This document shows positions 12,801 to 25,045 of a DNA stretch of 64,000 bases, piece by piece (the stretch's first letter is position 1; the number at the start of each line of letters is the position of its first letter). The stretch is from Macrostomum lignano. Lineage: Eukaryota. The notes under the pieces are model-generated. The model ran no database searches and was not told the origin of the DNA. It saw nothing but the letters and a program-made list of their open reading frames with translations. The translations under genes were made by a program, and so were the position numbers. The stretch covers positions 124,001 through 188,000 of the forward strand of contig NIVC01000270.1 of NCBI GenBank assembly GCA_002269645.1. The letters are read 5' to 3'.

Positions 12801-15247
12801 TTGATCCGTTGGTTGATTTAAGTGCGTACACAATGTTACATCCATCTATACTCTATCAGTGATCAAGTTAAGACCAAGTCCCGCCAATACTACATGTACA
12901 ACAGTATTGGGGGTGTGGGGCCCTGTGGGGCTCTGTCTGAGTTAGTAAAAATCCCAGGGTAGGCTTGTAAAATTTTAGGCCAAAAGCGCCGTTTAGGAAT
13001 ACCAGCCTGAAAATAAGAAGCCTTAACTAACATAACACTAACACTAATGGTAAACTAAAGTGGTTGTTACTCGTATATGGGCTACGGAGGGTTTAAAAGC
13101 GAGCAATAAAAATCCAGCGCCCCTCTTTTAACGATCGTGATAAGGAACGATTTTATTTTGTAGTAAATGATAAGACCATATATATACTCGCCCACAGTAT
13201 TAATAATATCATTACAATGAAAGTATTATTAGTTAACCTTGTTTATCCGGTTTTATTCAGGGCCAACTTGACAAAAGGAGCCTTGAAATCGAAAACAAGT
13301 TACAATACCGCGAGTAAAAGCTATGGGGGGACATGCCAAGGCTTTACCCCCGCTCCACCTAGTGCTAAGTGATCCATTATGGAAATAAATAATTTGTGTA
13401 TGTGTATGTACGACTACGATTCACAAAATAATTTAGAAAACTTTTATTTAGGATTCTTGGTTTTGTCCCCATATAATACATGTGACGCCCCCTGTACAGG
13501 TGAGAACGAGAATAAGCAAGCCGAATTAGAGACAGGGGACAACTTACCCCCGTAATCGGAATCAGCTGACCGTTGAGCGCCAAATTGTGAGATAGCATCT
13601 GCATCTGTATGTTCTTAATGATGAGATTGTTGCGCCCATTCTGCAGTAGCTGCTCGCGCAGGTGCTGCGGCGGATGCAGGTACTTGCACGGTGGTTCTTT
13701 GCGCTGGCATTTGCCCTGCAGAGAAAACACGAACACGAACACGATAAAAGAATTTATATTCCACTAGAAGAAGCAAACTTTTTCATCCATAGAATTGTAA
13801 TACGATTTAGCATTCGTTCTAAAAATGCCCATGAGACCTTGTGAGTTATGAGGCTGTGAGCTAGTAGGACTTTTTTACGACTACAAAAATTTGTGAATCA
13901 CTGCATTGCCAGTTGCCATGCAATCAATCTATTACTTATATTCTGTAAATCACGCAAACGGCAAAATATTTGGTTGAAATTTTGTAATTGTAACTGTAAG
14001 TTTGTAACTATATGTCTGCTAGGACTCGGTTCAGGTAAAGGTGACGCTAGCAGAGCAGAACTTAAAATCCTGCTGTAACCCTGTATGCGCATGCGTAGTT
14101 TCAGTGTGGTGGATAAGCCCATGCTCAAAATACAATTGGACAGGGCCGCGGCACTCAGTCTATAATTCTAAACGATTATCTTATCGCACTAAGCTTTATT
14201 AAGAACTTAAGAAGGCCTTGGCGGGAAATGTCTGTCTGTCACAATCACAAAACGACGCAAGACACAACACTGGATTTACTCGTATAATAGATAAGCTAAG
14301 AAAATTGAAGGAAAAGCGCTTGGAGATTTAAATTGAGACATGTTAGAATAGTACAAGTCTAGAGCGGCTCAGTTATTCAGTGAAGTACAGAACCAGCCCT
14401 GGTAGCTAAACGGTCTAGATTCTAGCAGTTAGAATTTGGGAAGCAGTCCTATGAATACTACAGCCCTTCCTTGACTTGACTTGGTAGCATTTTATCTAGT
14501 ATTCAAGCGGCGATCACCTAAAAAATAAAAAACCCATACAGCTGATTTTTATTGCTTTGCGTCGCGAATTTTCCATTACGCTCGCTTCGAGGAGAGTCAG
14601 GACGGAAGTCAAGCGATTTTATTAATTTTTATTGTCTTAAATAATTGGCAGTGTGGACTTGGCCATGCACGCGTGGTCCGTGAATATTCAATATCTACTT
14701 GTGCAGGGGAGGTCCCATTCCATACCATAGTCTTATAACTCTTATTATTAGACTATAGTCTCCGGTATTGGGGGTGGTAATTTTGAATATACGAGTGAGA
14801 ATCCGTAAGGTTAAGAGAAACAAATCCAATGGTTGTTATTGTAATTGTCATAAGAATGCTCATTTGAATATATGCGCGCGTACGCGTGATAGCTCGGCGA
14901 CTATTTCACTACTTCAACTTAGTTTAACTTTTATTGAATAGCAATAAAATTTTTATTCAGGAAATAAGTCGCCTAACTTCTTTCTAGTTTTTGATATTTA
15001 TATTCACGCTAAGCAAGCGTTACTACAATATTAAAACCAATATTAAGATTCTTACCTTTAACGAGTCGTAACAACAGACGACCCTGCCATTCTGCACCTC
15101 CAAGTGGGCCGGTGGATGGGCGAATTTGCATTCGTTCTCGGTGCGCGAGCACTTGTTTCGCTGGTATTCCCGGCAGACTTCAAGCGTTAGCCAGCGGCTA
15201 TCTTTAATCTGAGTGAACTGCATCAAGCCAGGATTCACAATAGACAT
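9585..15247 (-). CDS. MBNL: Muscleblind-like CCCH zinc-finger splicing regulator (confident part: 3 coding exons; C-terminus uncertain)
   Basis: join 15056-15247, 13548-13715, 9585-9899; all phase 0 with GT-AG sites. Encodes [32 protein letters not shown]...[10 protein letters not shown]|[32 protein letters not shown], the hallmark MBNL ZnF1-ZnF2 pair, then a Gln/Pro/Gly-rich linker. Confidence 0.95.
9937..10264. repeat. 21-bp minisatellite (CAAATCCCAGTTCCTACTGGT), about 15 copies
   Basis: Direct reading; ends 37 nt from the MBNL exon 3 acceptor. Confidence 0.95.
13548..13715 (-). CDS. MBNL: MBNL coding exon 2 (rest of ZnF2)
   Basis: ctctgcag|GGC AAA TGC ... ACG GGG|gtaagt; 168 nt, phase 0/0. 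Confidence 0.95.
15056..15247 (-). CDS. MBNL: MBNL coding exon 1 (ZnF1 and start of ZnF2)
   Basis: ATG at 15247; ends TTA AAG|gtaaga; candidate acceptor aaacag| 23 nt upstream of the ATG (exon start 15270). Confidence 0.95.
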
Positions 15248-16400
15248 TACTTCCGGGCCTTCCAGGGTTGCTGTTTTTCGGAGAAGCTTGTTTTAAACAA
15301 ATAACAATGATTTGTGATGATCGATATCTATTTAGCTAGCCTTTATAAGGCAAGCCAAACCAACTATTGGCGCGAATATATTTATTTAGTAGCAACTCCC
15401 TAATTTTTAGCTCGGAGCCTTAATAGCCGCAGGCCAGTCACAGACTTGGGCAAAGACCAGAAAAAAGAAGTGTGGAAGCTATACTAGCGCAATTCAGCTG
15501 GGCCGCACAATTCGCTTCCTTATCATGCGCCTCGGAAAATCGGCTGAGCAAGTGCGCTAGTATATATAATTATAATATAGGCCAAGAAGGATCCTTCGTT
15601 TGCACTGAATTGCTTATCCTTGTCCGAACTGCGCTCTAGGGGCCTAGTCTTAGCCGAATCAAGGGGAAAAGGATTAAGAGGGAGTATGCCGGCTGGACCG
15701 TCGAAGGTTTGTTGGCGGGAAGGGCAGAAGACGGTCGGCATCGGCAGGTTCCTCTCTTTATTTGCACACAAACACGCGGAGCCCACCCCCACCCCACGCC
15801 CAGTGCAAATCTCGGACTGGCTGTCTAGTGTTGCCCACTGGGCTAGACGGCTCTAGCCAATGGCAGGAGGCCTGGGGGTCTCCTATTCAAATTGAAATAA
15901 CAAACCAGCGCCAGCCCTAGAGCTTTAAATGCAGATTAAAGAAGCATTAAATAAAATGAAGGATTGATTTTTAAAGCATAGCTTGCCTGACCTGACCGAC
16001 TGCACTACCCGAGTGATCCAAATTCCATTTTAATAATTAAAATTTTGAGTCAACTTTTGTGACAATTTTTGTCAGTAGCACAGGCTTTCGCTGCTGTTAC
16101 GGAGTATTTAACCCTCTACGGCTCTAGCATCTCTTTCTGAGCGTTAACTCAATTTTTTATTTCTATCTTTAATTCATTGAAATGTCTTCCATGTGTGGCT
16201 CAATAGCAGTTTGATATGTACTCAAACGTCAACTGTACTTAGATTTTCGCGATGTACACTCGAGAGAAATATATCCAGGAGGAAAACATAATTCCTCAAG
16301 TAACGTCATTGTGTTGACGATATTACATCTTACGAGCGATGCGGAATGACAGTCAATTACATCCAGCACTTTATGAGCTAGTCAGTTTTCACCACAAATT

Positions 16401-17112
16401 TCAGGTGCAGGAAATAGGGTAGCTAGTGATTTCAGGTGCAAGGAAGAGGGTAGCCCAATCATTTCAGGTGCAAGGAATAGGGTAGCCTAAGGACTTCAGA
16501 TGCAAGGAATGCAAGGGTAGCCTAAGGACTTCAGGTGCAAGGAAGAGGGTAGCCTAAGGACTTCAGGTGCAAGGAAGAGGGTAGCCTAAGGACTTCAGAT
16601 GCAAGGAAGAGGGTAGCCTAAGGACTTCAGATGCAAGGAAGAGGGTAGCCTAAGGACTTCAGATGCAAGGAAGAGGGTAGCCTAAGGACTTCAGATGCAA
16701 GGAAGAGGGTAGCCTAAGGACTTCAGATGCAAGGAAGAGGGTAGCCTAAGGACTTCAGATGCAAGGAAGAGGGTAGCCTAAGGACTTCAGGTGCAAGGAA
16801 GAGGGTAGCCTAAGGACTTCAGATGCAAGGAAGAGGGTAGCCTAAGGACTTCAGATGCAAGGAAGAGGGTAGCCTAAGGACTTCAGATGCAAGGAAGAGG
16901 GTAGCCTAAGTAATTCAGGTGCAAGGAATAGGGTAGACTAAGGAATTCAGGTGCAAGGAATAGGGTAGTCTAAGGAATTCAGGTGCAAGGAATAGGGTAG
17001 TCTAAGGAATTCAGGTGCAAGGAATAGGGTAGACTAAGGAATTCAGGTGCAAGGAATAGGGTAGTCTAAGGAATTCAGGTGCAAGGAATAGGGTCCAATG
17101 ATTTCAGGTGCA
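16401..17112. repeat. 32-bp minisatellite (GACTTCAGATGCAAGGAAGAGGGTAGCCTAAG), about 22 copies
   Basis: Direct reading; lies between the CEP350 3' end and the MBNL start. Confidence 0.95.
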
Positions 17113-17718
17113 AATAATTGAGTCGATATTCAGCTAACTGAAATAAAAATGAGATAAACGAAAAACCTGATAAAGTTTACTGCGATGAGAAATTTTACGA
17201 TGCAGTTTCGTACAAGTCTGCGAGTGGAGTAGCTGATCTCACTTCTCTAATTTAATTGGTTAAGTCATTTTTACTTGGCATTAAGCTTTGAAATGTATTT
17301 TTAGCCCAGCGTGTAGTAAAAATTTAAGCAGTAAAATTCACAAAATGATAATAATATAATATACAAATATACGAGCCAGATAATTAGCATTAGAAAATAG
17401 AATGCACATTAAACTTTAGATTCACAGAAAGTAAGCTAAAATATATTATATACTCGTATTTCCATTTGGAACACAATAATAATGACAATAATTTGGGACA
17501 AGACGCACACCAGTATAAGCAGTATTTAGTCAAGGAATGGACCGCGTGCAAATCAGCACAGATTTGTTAAATTAACATTGCGACCGGCACAACTGTATAA
17601 GCTTGGACGGGACAGAGCTCACAAAGAATGAGTTCATAGTTTATTTGTGTTAACGCAAAAATATATTTAAATGTTTATATAATAAAATATCCAACTAAAA
17701 GCTAAGATTAAGCTACAA

Positions 17719-17724
17719 TTTATT
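17719..17724 (-). promoter_or_regulatory. Putative polyadenylation signal (AATAAA) of the CEP350-like gene
   Basis: AATAAA on the minus strand about 90 nt after the stop; a second one lies at 17640-17645. Confidence 0.5.
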
Positions 17725-17814
17725 GGTAATAATAAACGTGTTTAGGCGGCAGCGACCCGATCAAATATTCGAAACAAAAAATGAAACAATGGAAAACTTC
17801 CGGTTGGTCAACTC

Positions 17815-17970
17815 TCAGGACGCCCGACTATGCAAGTCGCGCAGACAGATGGCCGTGTCTGCCAGCAGCTGGGCGAGCACTTCGTCGGCCACCTTCAGCT
17901 TGGCCTCGGTCTCGTCCACCTCGTAGTCTACCCAGCCCGGCTCTTCTTGGCGAAGCTCTTCAACAAGAAC
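17815..17970 (-). CDS. CEP350: CEP350-like last coding exon (conserved C-terminal helix)
   Basis: ccctccag|GTT CTT GTT GAA ... TCC TGA; 51 aa plus stop. Confidence 0.9.
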   Translation of the reverse strand, partial: VLVEELRQEEPGWVDYEVDETEAKLKVADEVLAQLLADTAICLRDLHSRAS

Positions 17971-20900
17971 CTGGAGGGTGGAGTGGCGAAATAATTTGAG
18001 GTATTAGGGATTAAGCAAGGCCTAATTCAATGCTTCAGTGACTTCCGGTCAGTCTGTGGGTGTTCAACTATAGGCGACAGTCAGTGACTTCCGGTCAGCC
18101 TGTGGGTGTTCAACTAGAGGCGACAGTCAATGACTTCCGGTCAGCCTGTGGGTGTTCAACTATAGGCGACAGTCAGTGACTTCCGGTCAGTCTGTGGGTG
18201 TTCAACTATAGACAACAGTCAGTGACTTCCGGTCAGTCTGTGGGTGGTCAACTATAGGCTATAGCCAGTGACATCCGGTCGCTCTCTGTCCCCATTTTTC
18301 AAAGATTTCCAATGCTCCAAACACCCGAAACACAAGACCCAAAAAATTACCTGGTCCACTCGATCGCGTCGTTTCATTGCTGACCAAGCTTGAAGCTTGC
18401 CGATGCGCTGGGGAGCTGGCTGAGGGCGCGACGTGTCCGCCGGTGACTCCGCTGTGGACAGCCGGCAAACGCCGGGCACGCCGGCCAGCCGCTGACGGAC
18501 AGCTTCCACCAGCTCGGCCTCATCCGAGGGCGGGCGTCGGCGAAAGCGTGGCCGAAGAAAGTAGCGCGTTCGCTCCGGCGGCTCCCAGTCGGCAGGACCG
18601 ACGGCCGCGGTCGGCGAGGCCTCCTCATCAGGCCCAGCGGATGCTGGCTCGACTGTCGGCGCCGGCGGAAGCGGTGGCGGCGGCAGCTGCAGGACTTCCC
18701 GCAGTTCGTCAGTAACCAGCTGGTGAATGCCCACGGCGAAAGCGCGCCCGGCTTTGGCGGCGGCCGCAACGACATTGGCGGCAGAAGATCTCCCACCTTC
18801 ATCGTCCTCCTCTTTGTCTTCGTCCGACTCGACTGACGCAGCGACTGCTGCCGCCGCAGCAACAGCGGACGGGTCAAGCGTTGCCATGGCAACTAGGTCT
18901 TCAGGCGCCTCGTCGTCTAATTGCTGACCGGAGGACAGGCGGGCCAGCTGGATACGCAGCGAGTGGCCGGCCAGCTCGGCTACCTCAGCTTCCGAGCTTG
19001 GCACAAGCGGCGTCGGAGGTGGCGGCGTCGGGGGCAGCGGCAGAGCCGGCGTTAGCAGACGTGGCAGCGGTCCCTCGTTGCGATCATCGATGACCAACGA
19101 TCGCTTTCCAGCTTCGGCAACATCCAGGAGGTCCTCTTCCCACATATCCTCGTCAAGCAGGCCGTGGCTGCCAACAGCACCTGCTGGTGGACGCGGCGGA
19201 ATTGGAGGAGCCTGTTGCGGTGTCGGTGCGGTGGTGGCGCATCGATTTTGTCGCCTCAACTGCAGCGCTTCGTCCAGAGCTCTGCTCAGCAGCTGGTTGG
19301 TCAGCTCGTCGCTCAGTTGGTCCGCGCGCAACTCTGAGCGATGCAGCGAGGCCTCCTGAATAGCCGTCTCCAGCTGCTTATCGCTGGCCTCATCGTCGGC
19401 AGGCTCTTTGGCCTCCTTCGATTCCATGAGGTACGGTGGTGGCTTCTCATCGAAGATAAGCTCGTCCTCTTCGTTTTCATCGTCAAATGGCAGATCCTCG
19501 ACAATTTCCTCTTCTTCGTCTTTGACTTCGACGTTCGACGGTTCGCGTTTCGCGCTGTCCTGCTCGGACGCCGGCTTGTCGCGAGTGGACGGGACCGAGT
19601 CGCTGTCGTCGCTGGCCTCGCTGGGTAGGTCAGACATCTCCGATGGGATTGTGCGGGCCGACATTGGCACGTCTTCGTCGTCGTCTTCTTCTTCGTCCGC
19701 GCCCGCCTGCTCGTTCTGGCCCGGTTTAATCTCCAACGAGGCCGGCTTAGTCGGCGACTTCGGCGGCTGCTGGGCCGGCCGTTTCTCGTCGTCGCTGTGG
19801 AAGCTGTACTCTTCATTAATCTCGGAGAAGTTCACAACGCGAGGAGTACGCGGTGTTCTAGCTGAGGTTGGTGCATCCTCGTAATCGTCTTTGTAGTCGG
19901 CGTCTTCTTCCTCGTCGACTGCGGCTGCTGACGCCGAAGCCTCCTCGGCCTCCTCGTGCCGACGTTGGTCCGGCTCCGGCTCCGATACGGTGACTTGGCG
20001 CGAAGCTGTACGCACGCTGTCGTCTCTCGAGTCCAACACCCGCCTGCGCTGGCTGCTGCCAGAAGAAGTCGCCGAAGCCGCCGACGGGGAGGCCTCATCG
20101 TCTTCGAAATCCTCTGAGTAGGCGCCGGCGCCAGCTGAGTCGCTACTCGGCGGGATGTCCTCCTGAACTGAGGCGGCGGCGGCGGCGGAGGCGGTGGGTA
20201 CGACGCGGCGACTGCTGCTGACGGTGGCGGATGAAGACGACTCGGAAGCGGCGGCCTCGATCTCCTCGGTCATGCTGCTGGCCGAACCTGTCCGGCGGCT
20301 TCTGGCCGATGCTCTAGGAGTGGTGGCAGCTGTTGTTGGCAACTGCTCGGACACGGCATCGTCGATCTCTTCTTCGACGGCTTCAATCACCGAAGCTGTT
20401 TGGGTGCGCGGTGACCTCGCTGAAGCTGGAGCCGACGCTGGCGAAGCAGTTGACGATGCTTTGCGAGGCGAAGCTCCTGAAGTAGCCGTCGATGATTCCG
20501 AAGAGGCCGCGGCGGTGCGTCGCGATGCCGCCGAGGCTGCCGACGCTGTTGCCGACTTGGCCGAGCGGCGGCCGGTCAAAGCCGAGGCCGACGCCGACTC
20601 GGACGAAGTCTCGCTAGGTGTCGGCGAACCCTTCGACCGGCGTAAGTCTTTCTCTAAGTCGGCGATGTTTTTATCGTAGGCCTCGATTCGGCGACGCAGT
20701 TCCCGTTCCCGCTGACGCAGTTGGTCCTTGGAGACGCGGCTGTGCTCACGTTTCAGCTGTTTGAGCACATGCTGACGCTCCTGCAACTGGTGACTCAGGG
20801 CCTTGATGCGGCTTTCGTATTCGGATACGTCCGTCTCTGCAAAGATGGTAGCCAGATGGTATATCAGATGGTAGCCAGATTGGAGAATTTTTCTATAGAT

Positions 20901-23900
20901 TACCTCAGACTCCAGGACTTCTATATTCTCTCAGATTTCAGGATCTCAATATTCTCCCAGATTTCAGATTGCCACTGCTTTCAGTATTTTCAGACTTCCT
21001 TGACAGACAACAAACTATTCGCTAAAACTTTTAATAGACAAGCGGATAACCGCCCAGCCTCACCATTAGCAGTAGTCTCATTAACCGTTCTAGGCGTAGC
21101 AGTTGCCGCTTTAGACCGCGCCGCCTCCGAAGCCTCGGTGTCAACTGCAGCGGTGGTGACGCTCTCTGACCGGGCGGATCGGCCGCTGCGGGCCGTGTCT
21201 ACAGGGGCAGCCGAAGCGGAACCGGCCGAGCCTTCGAAGCTGTCCGCGTAACTACGCGTCGCTGTCGGCGGCTGCAGCTCAGTGGCGATGGACGACGAAG
21301 TTGTAGAATTGGACTGCGATGACCGGCCAGGCGCAGCGGCCTGATGGCTGCGGCTGACTAAAGTTGACGCGCTGCTGCCGCTGTCCGAGTCATCGACAGC
21401 CTCAGCCGTGACCGAGGCCGCTGCCGGCGCCGGGACTGCCGTCGCAACCGACGGCTTGCTGCGGCTAGTTGATCGATCGGCCGAAGCGGACGCCGTAGGC
21501 GAGGCAGCCGATCGCCAGCTGACTAATTCGCGAGACTCTTTGCGGCGCTGGTGAAGGCGCTGCTCTCTTGGCGTCAGACTGTCCGGGCGGAGCTTCCGCA
21601 TTTGCCGGTCCAGCTGGCTGAGGCTGTTTCGGGGGGGGGAATGAACAGCAAAATGCTGTAGATGTAGAAACCTTGGAGCCTACCAACTGAACAGGTGTAA
21701 AAATATTCGCAGGCGGGTTGCGGGCACCCTGGCGCAACGCCTTCGGCGACATCATTCCACAACCAGTGATAAGACAATTCTGCCCATTCTGCTGCCTCCT
21801 GAGCACATACAAGTGCGCTAATACTGTACGAAGGCACGCAATCATACACACGCTTTTCGCTCACACAGGGTGTACAGCGGCCTTGACTCTGACAGACTTG
21901 TACACTCTCTGCGCCTTGGGAGTTAGCCCTCATGGCCTGATTTTTGTGAAAAAGCCCGAAATTAATGTGGATTCCGCACACAGAATCAAACCAGGAGGGT
22001 CCGGTGCGAGAGCAGCTGATCTACTCTGCCCCCAGAATTTTTACAGGTGCACTTACAGGTTGACTATGCCATACCATACACTTGACTTTGCTTTACCATA
22101 CAGTTGACTACGGTAAAGCAAGCAGCCGCGTACTAACGTATAACGATTATAACGATTAACGATTACTGGTTTGTAAATTCCAGCCACTTTTATACCATTC
22201 TCTAGATGTCTCACCAATCGTCGGCTTTGACAGACTTCGCTACGTATCTAAGGCCCTACCTCAGGCTGCAGTCGCAGTAAACAGTAATCAGGATCACATG
22301 GGGATGGGTGGGGTGAAAATGCCACTGCCTACAGCCTATTGATCTGTAGACTCTTCAATAAGTGTTTATTGGTTAAACAATTTTGTGCATCAACCATTAG
22401 ATTATTACAGCTGGGCATGATTACAAGTCAGACCCGCCTTGCTTGCACCTGCTCACTAACTGAAAGAAACTGACTGAAGAAAACTAGAAAGAAGCCTCAT
22501 TTCTCTTCGCCAAATAAAATCACAGATCAAAGAAACTTAGAAACACAAAAGGAGCGAAGTTAGAAAAGAAATACAAAGTTAAGCATATAGTTGAGCGAGT
22601 AGGTGGGATAGCAGCTGCTGACAGGCGGATAAGTCCCGCCAAAATACGGAAAAATAAAATTAGAGCAGTGAAAAACAAGAGGAAAACGAATCGGAAAGAC
22701 AGTTATCAACAGCTGATAAAACTCTGGAAACAGCTTATAGCTGCGCTTCCTGCTAATAGCCAAGTGCGCGCACTACTAGGAAGATTTGGCAGCTTATGAC
22801 GGACGGGACTGGCAAAGAAACTTGTGATAGTTTCATTTAGATGTAGCTTTGTATTCTATTGATTTTACTGGCTCGGATTCCACTGACTGTGGTGTTCCAC
22901 TGACTGGGATTCCACTGACTGTGGTGTTCCACTGACTGGGATTCCACTGACTGTGGTGTTCCACTGACTGTGGTGTTCCACTGACTGTGGTGTTCCACTG
23001 ACTGTGGTGTTTCACTGACTGTGGTGTTCCACTGACTGGGATTCCACTGACTGTGGTGTTCCACTGACTGTGGTGTTCCACTGACTGGGATTCCACTGAC
23101 TGTGGTGTTCCACTGACTGTGGTGTTCCACTGACTAGGATTCCACTGACTGTGGTGTTCCACTGACTGTGGTGTTCCACTGACTGTGGTGTTCCACTGAC
23201 TGTGGTGTTCCACTGACTGGGATTCCACTGACTGTGGTGTTCCACTGACTGTGGTGTTCCACTGACTGTGGTGTTCCACTGACTGTGGTGTTCCACTGAC
23301 TGGGATTCCACTGACTGTGGTGTTCCACTGACTGTGGTGTTCCACTGACTGTGGTGTTCCACTGACTGGGATTCCACTGACTGTGGTGTTCCACTGACTG
23401 TGGTGTTCCACTGACTAGGATTCCACTGACTGTGTGTTCCACTGACTGTGGTGTTCCACTGACTGTGGTGTTCCACTGACTGTGGTGTTCCACCGACTGT
23501 GGTGTTCCACTGACTGGGATTCCACTGACTGTGGTGTTCCACTGACTGTGGTGTTCCACTGACTGTGGTGTTCCACTGACTGTGGTGTTCCACTGACTGG
23601 GATTCCACTGACTGTTGTGTTCCACTGACTGTGGTGTTCCACTGACTAGGATTCCACTGACTGTGGTGTTCCACTGACTGTGGTGTTCCAGTGACTTTGG
23701 TGTTCCACTGACTGTGGTGTTCCACTGACTAGGATTCCACTGACTGTGGTGTTCCACTGACTGTGGTGTTCCACTGACTTTGGTGTTCCACTGACTGTGG
23801 TGTTCCACTGACTGTGGTGTTCCACTGACTGTGGTGTTCCACTGACTGGTGTTCCACTGACTGGGATTCCACTGACTGGGATTCCACTGATTGGGATTCC

Positions 23901-25010
23901 ACAGCGTTGGCCTCATTCACGCCAAAGTGGTTTTAGCAAGTTATTAACCAATAACTGATTCTAAACGACGCGTCACCAACCTGGACGAGTCGGCCTCCTC
24001 GTCATCATCTTCGTCAGGCTTGCTGTGCAGTAGCTGCTGCTGTTGTTGTTGTTGCAATCCGTGGAGCCGTCGCAGCGCCCGAACCTGCTGCTTCTCCAGG
24101 CGGTACTGCTCCAGCACCAGCCTCTCGTTTGCCGCTATCCGTTCGCGCGGCCAAACTTCATTCTGATCGACAGAGCTGCCTCCGCCTCCGCTGCCTCCGT
24201 TGGCCAGACTGCGCAGAAATCTCAGCGACTTTCTAGCCGTCTCCTTGGCGCTGCGCTGTCTCAGAACCAACAGTTTAGCCTGATAGGCTCGCCTGCCGGT
24301 CTCGTCCTGCTGGTACATGCGGGCGATGTCCAGCGTCAGCTTCACGTAGGATGCGTCCGCGCGGGCCGGAGTGGCAGCCGGAGGGGCGGCGTTGTCAACC
24401 GTGTCGCCGCCGGCGGTACGGCGCTGCCGTTTCACAGTTTGCCGGCGTTGACTCTCCGACGGCAGGACTTCGCGCAGCGATTTATCGTCTTCTAGATCCT
24501 CATCTTCGTCGACATCGGTGGCGTCGGCAGCCTGCAGTAGACTCTGGCTGACTGTCAGCTGAGTGGTGGACGCCGATGAAGTGTCCCGACCAGCAGTGTT
24601 AGTCAATGTCAGATCTTCGTCAAGCGCCGCCTGCAGCGATGACGGCTGCGGCTGTGCAGCTGCGGTGTCAGGCGCCTGTGTGCGGTTTAAAAAATAGCAA
24701 AGGTATAAATACTCGTATATTGCTTGTACAAACTAGAGATTTCTCTTCTATCCATCTATTCAATAGGAAATCTTCCTACCTACCTACCTACTTATCTGTC
24801 TATCTGTATACGTAACTTCTATCTATCTATACCTGTCTACGTATCTATCTATCTATATCCGTCTACGCATCTATCTATCTATACCTGTCTACGTATCTAT
24901 CTATCTATATCTGTCTACGTATCTATCTATCTATCTATACCTGTCTACGTATCTATCTATCTATACCTGTCTACGTATCTATCAATCAATCTATATCTGT
25001 CTACGTATCT

Positions 25011-25045
<35 letters not shown>

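Noticed and set aside
16401-17112. CRISPR-like 32-34-bp direct repeats (here and elsewhere)
   Set aside because: Units are head-to-tail with no unique spacers, no cas genes, and the context is eukaryotic.
18259-21251. Plus-strand and alternative-frame ORFs over CEP350 exons
   Set aside because: Shadow ORFs of GC-rich coding sequence.
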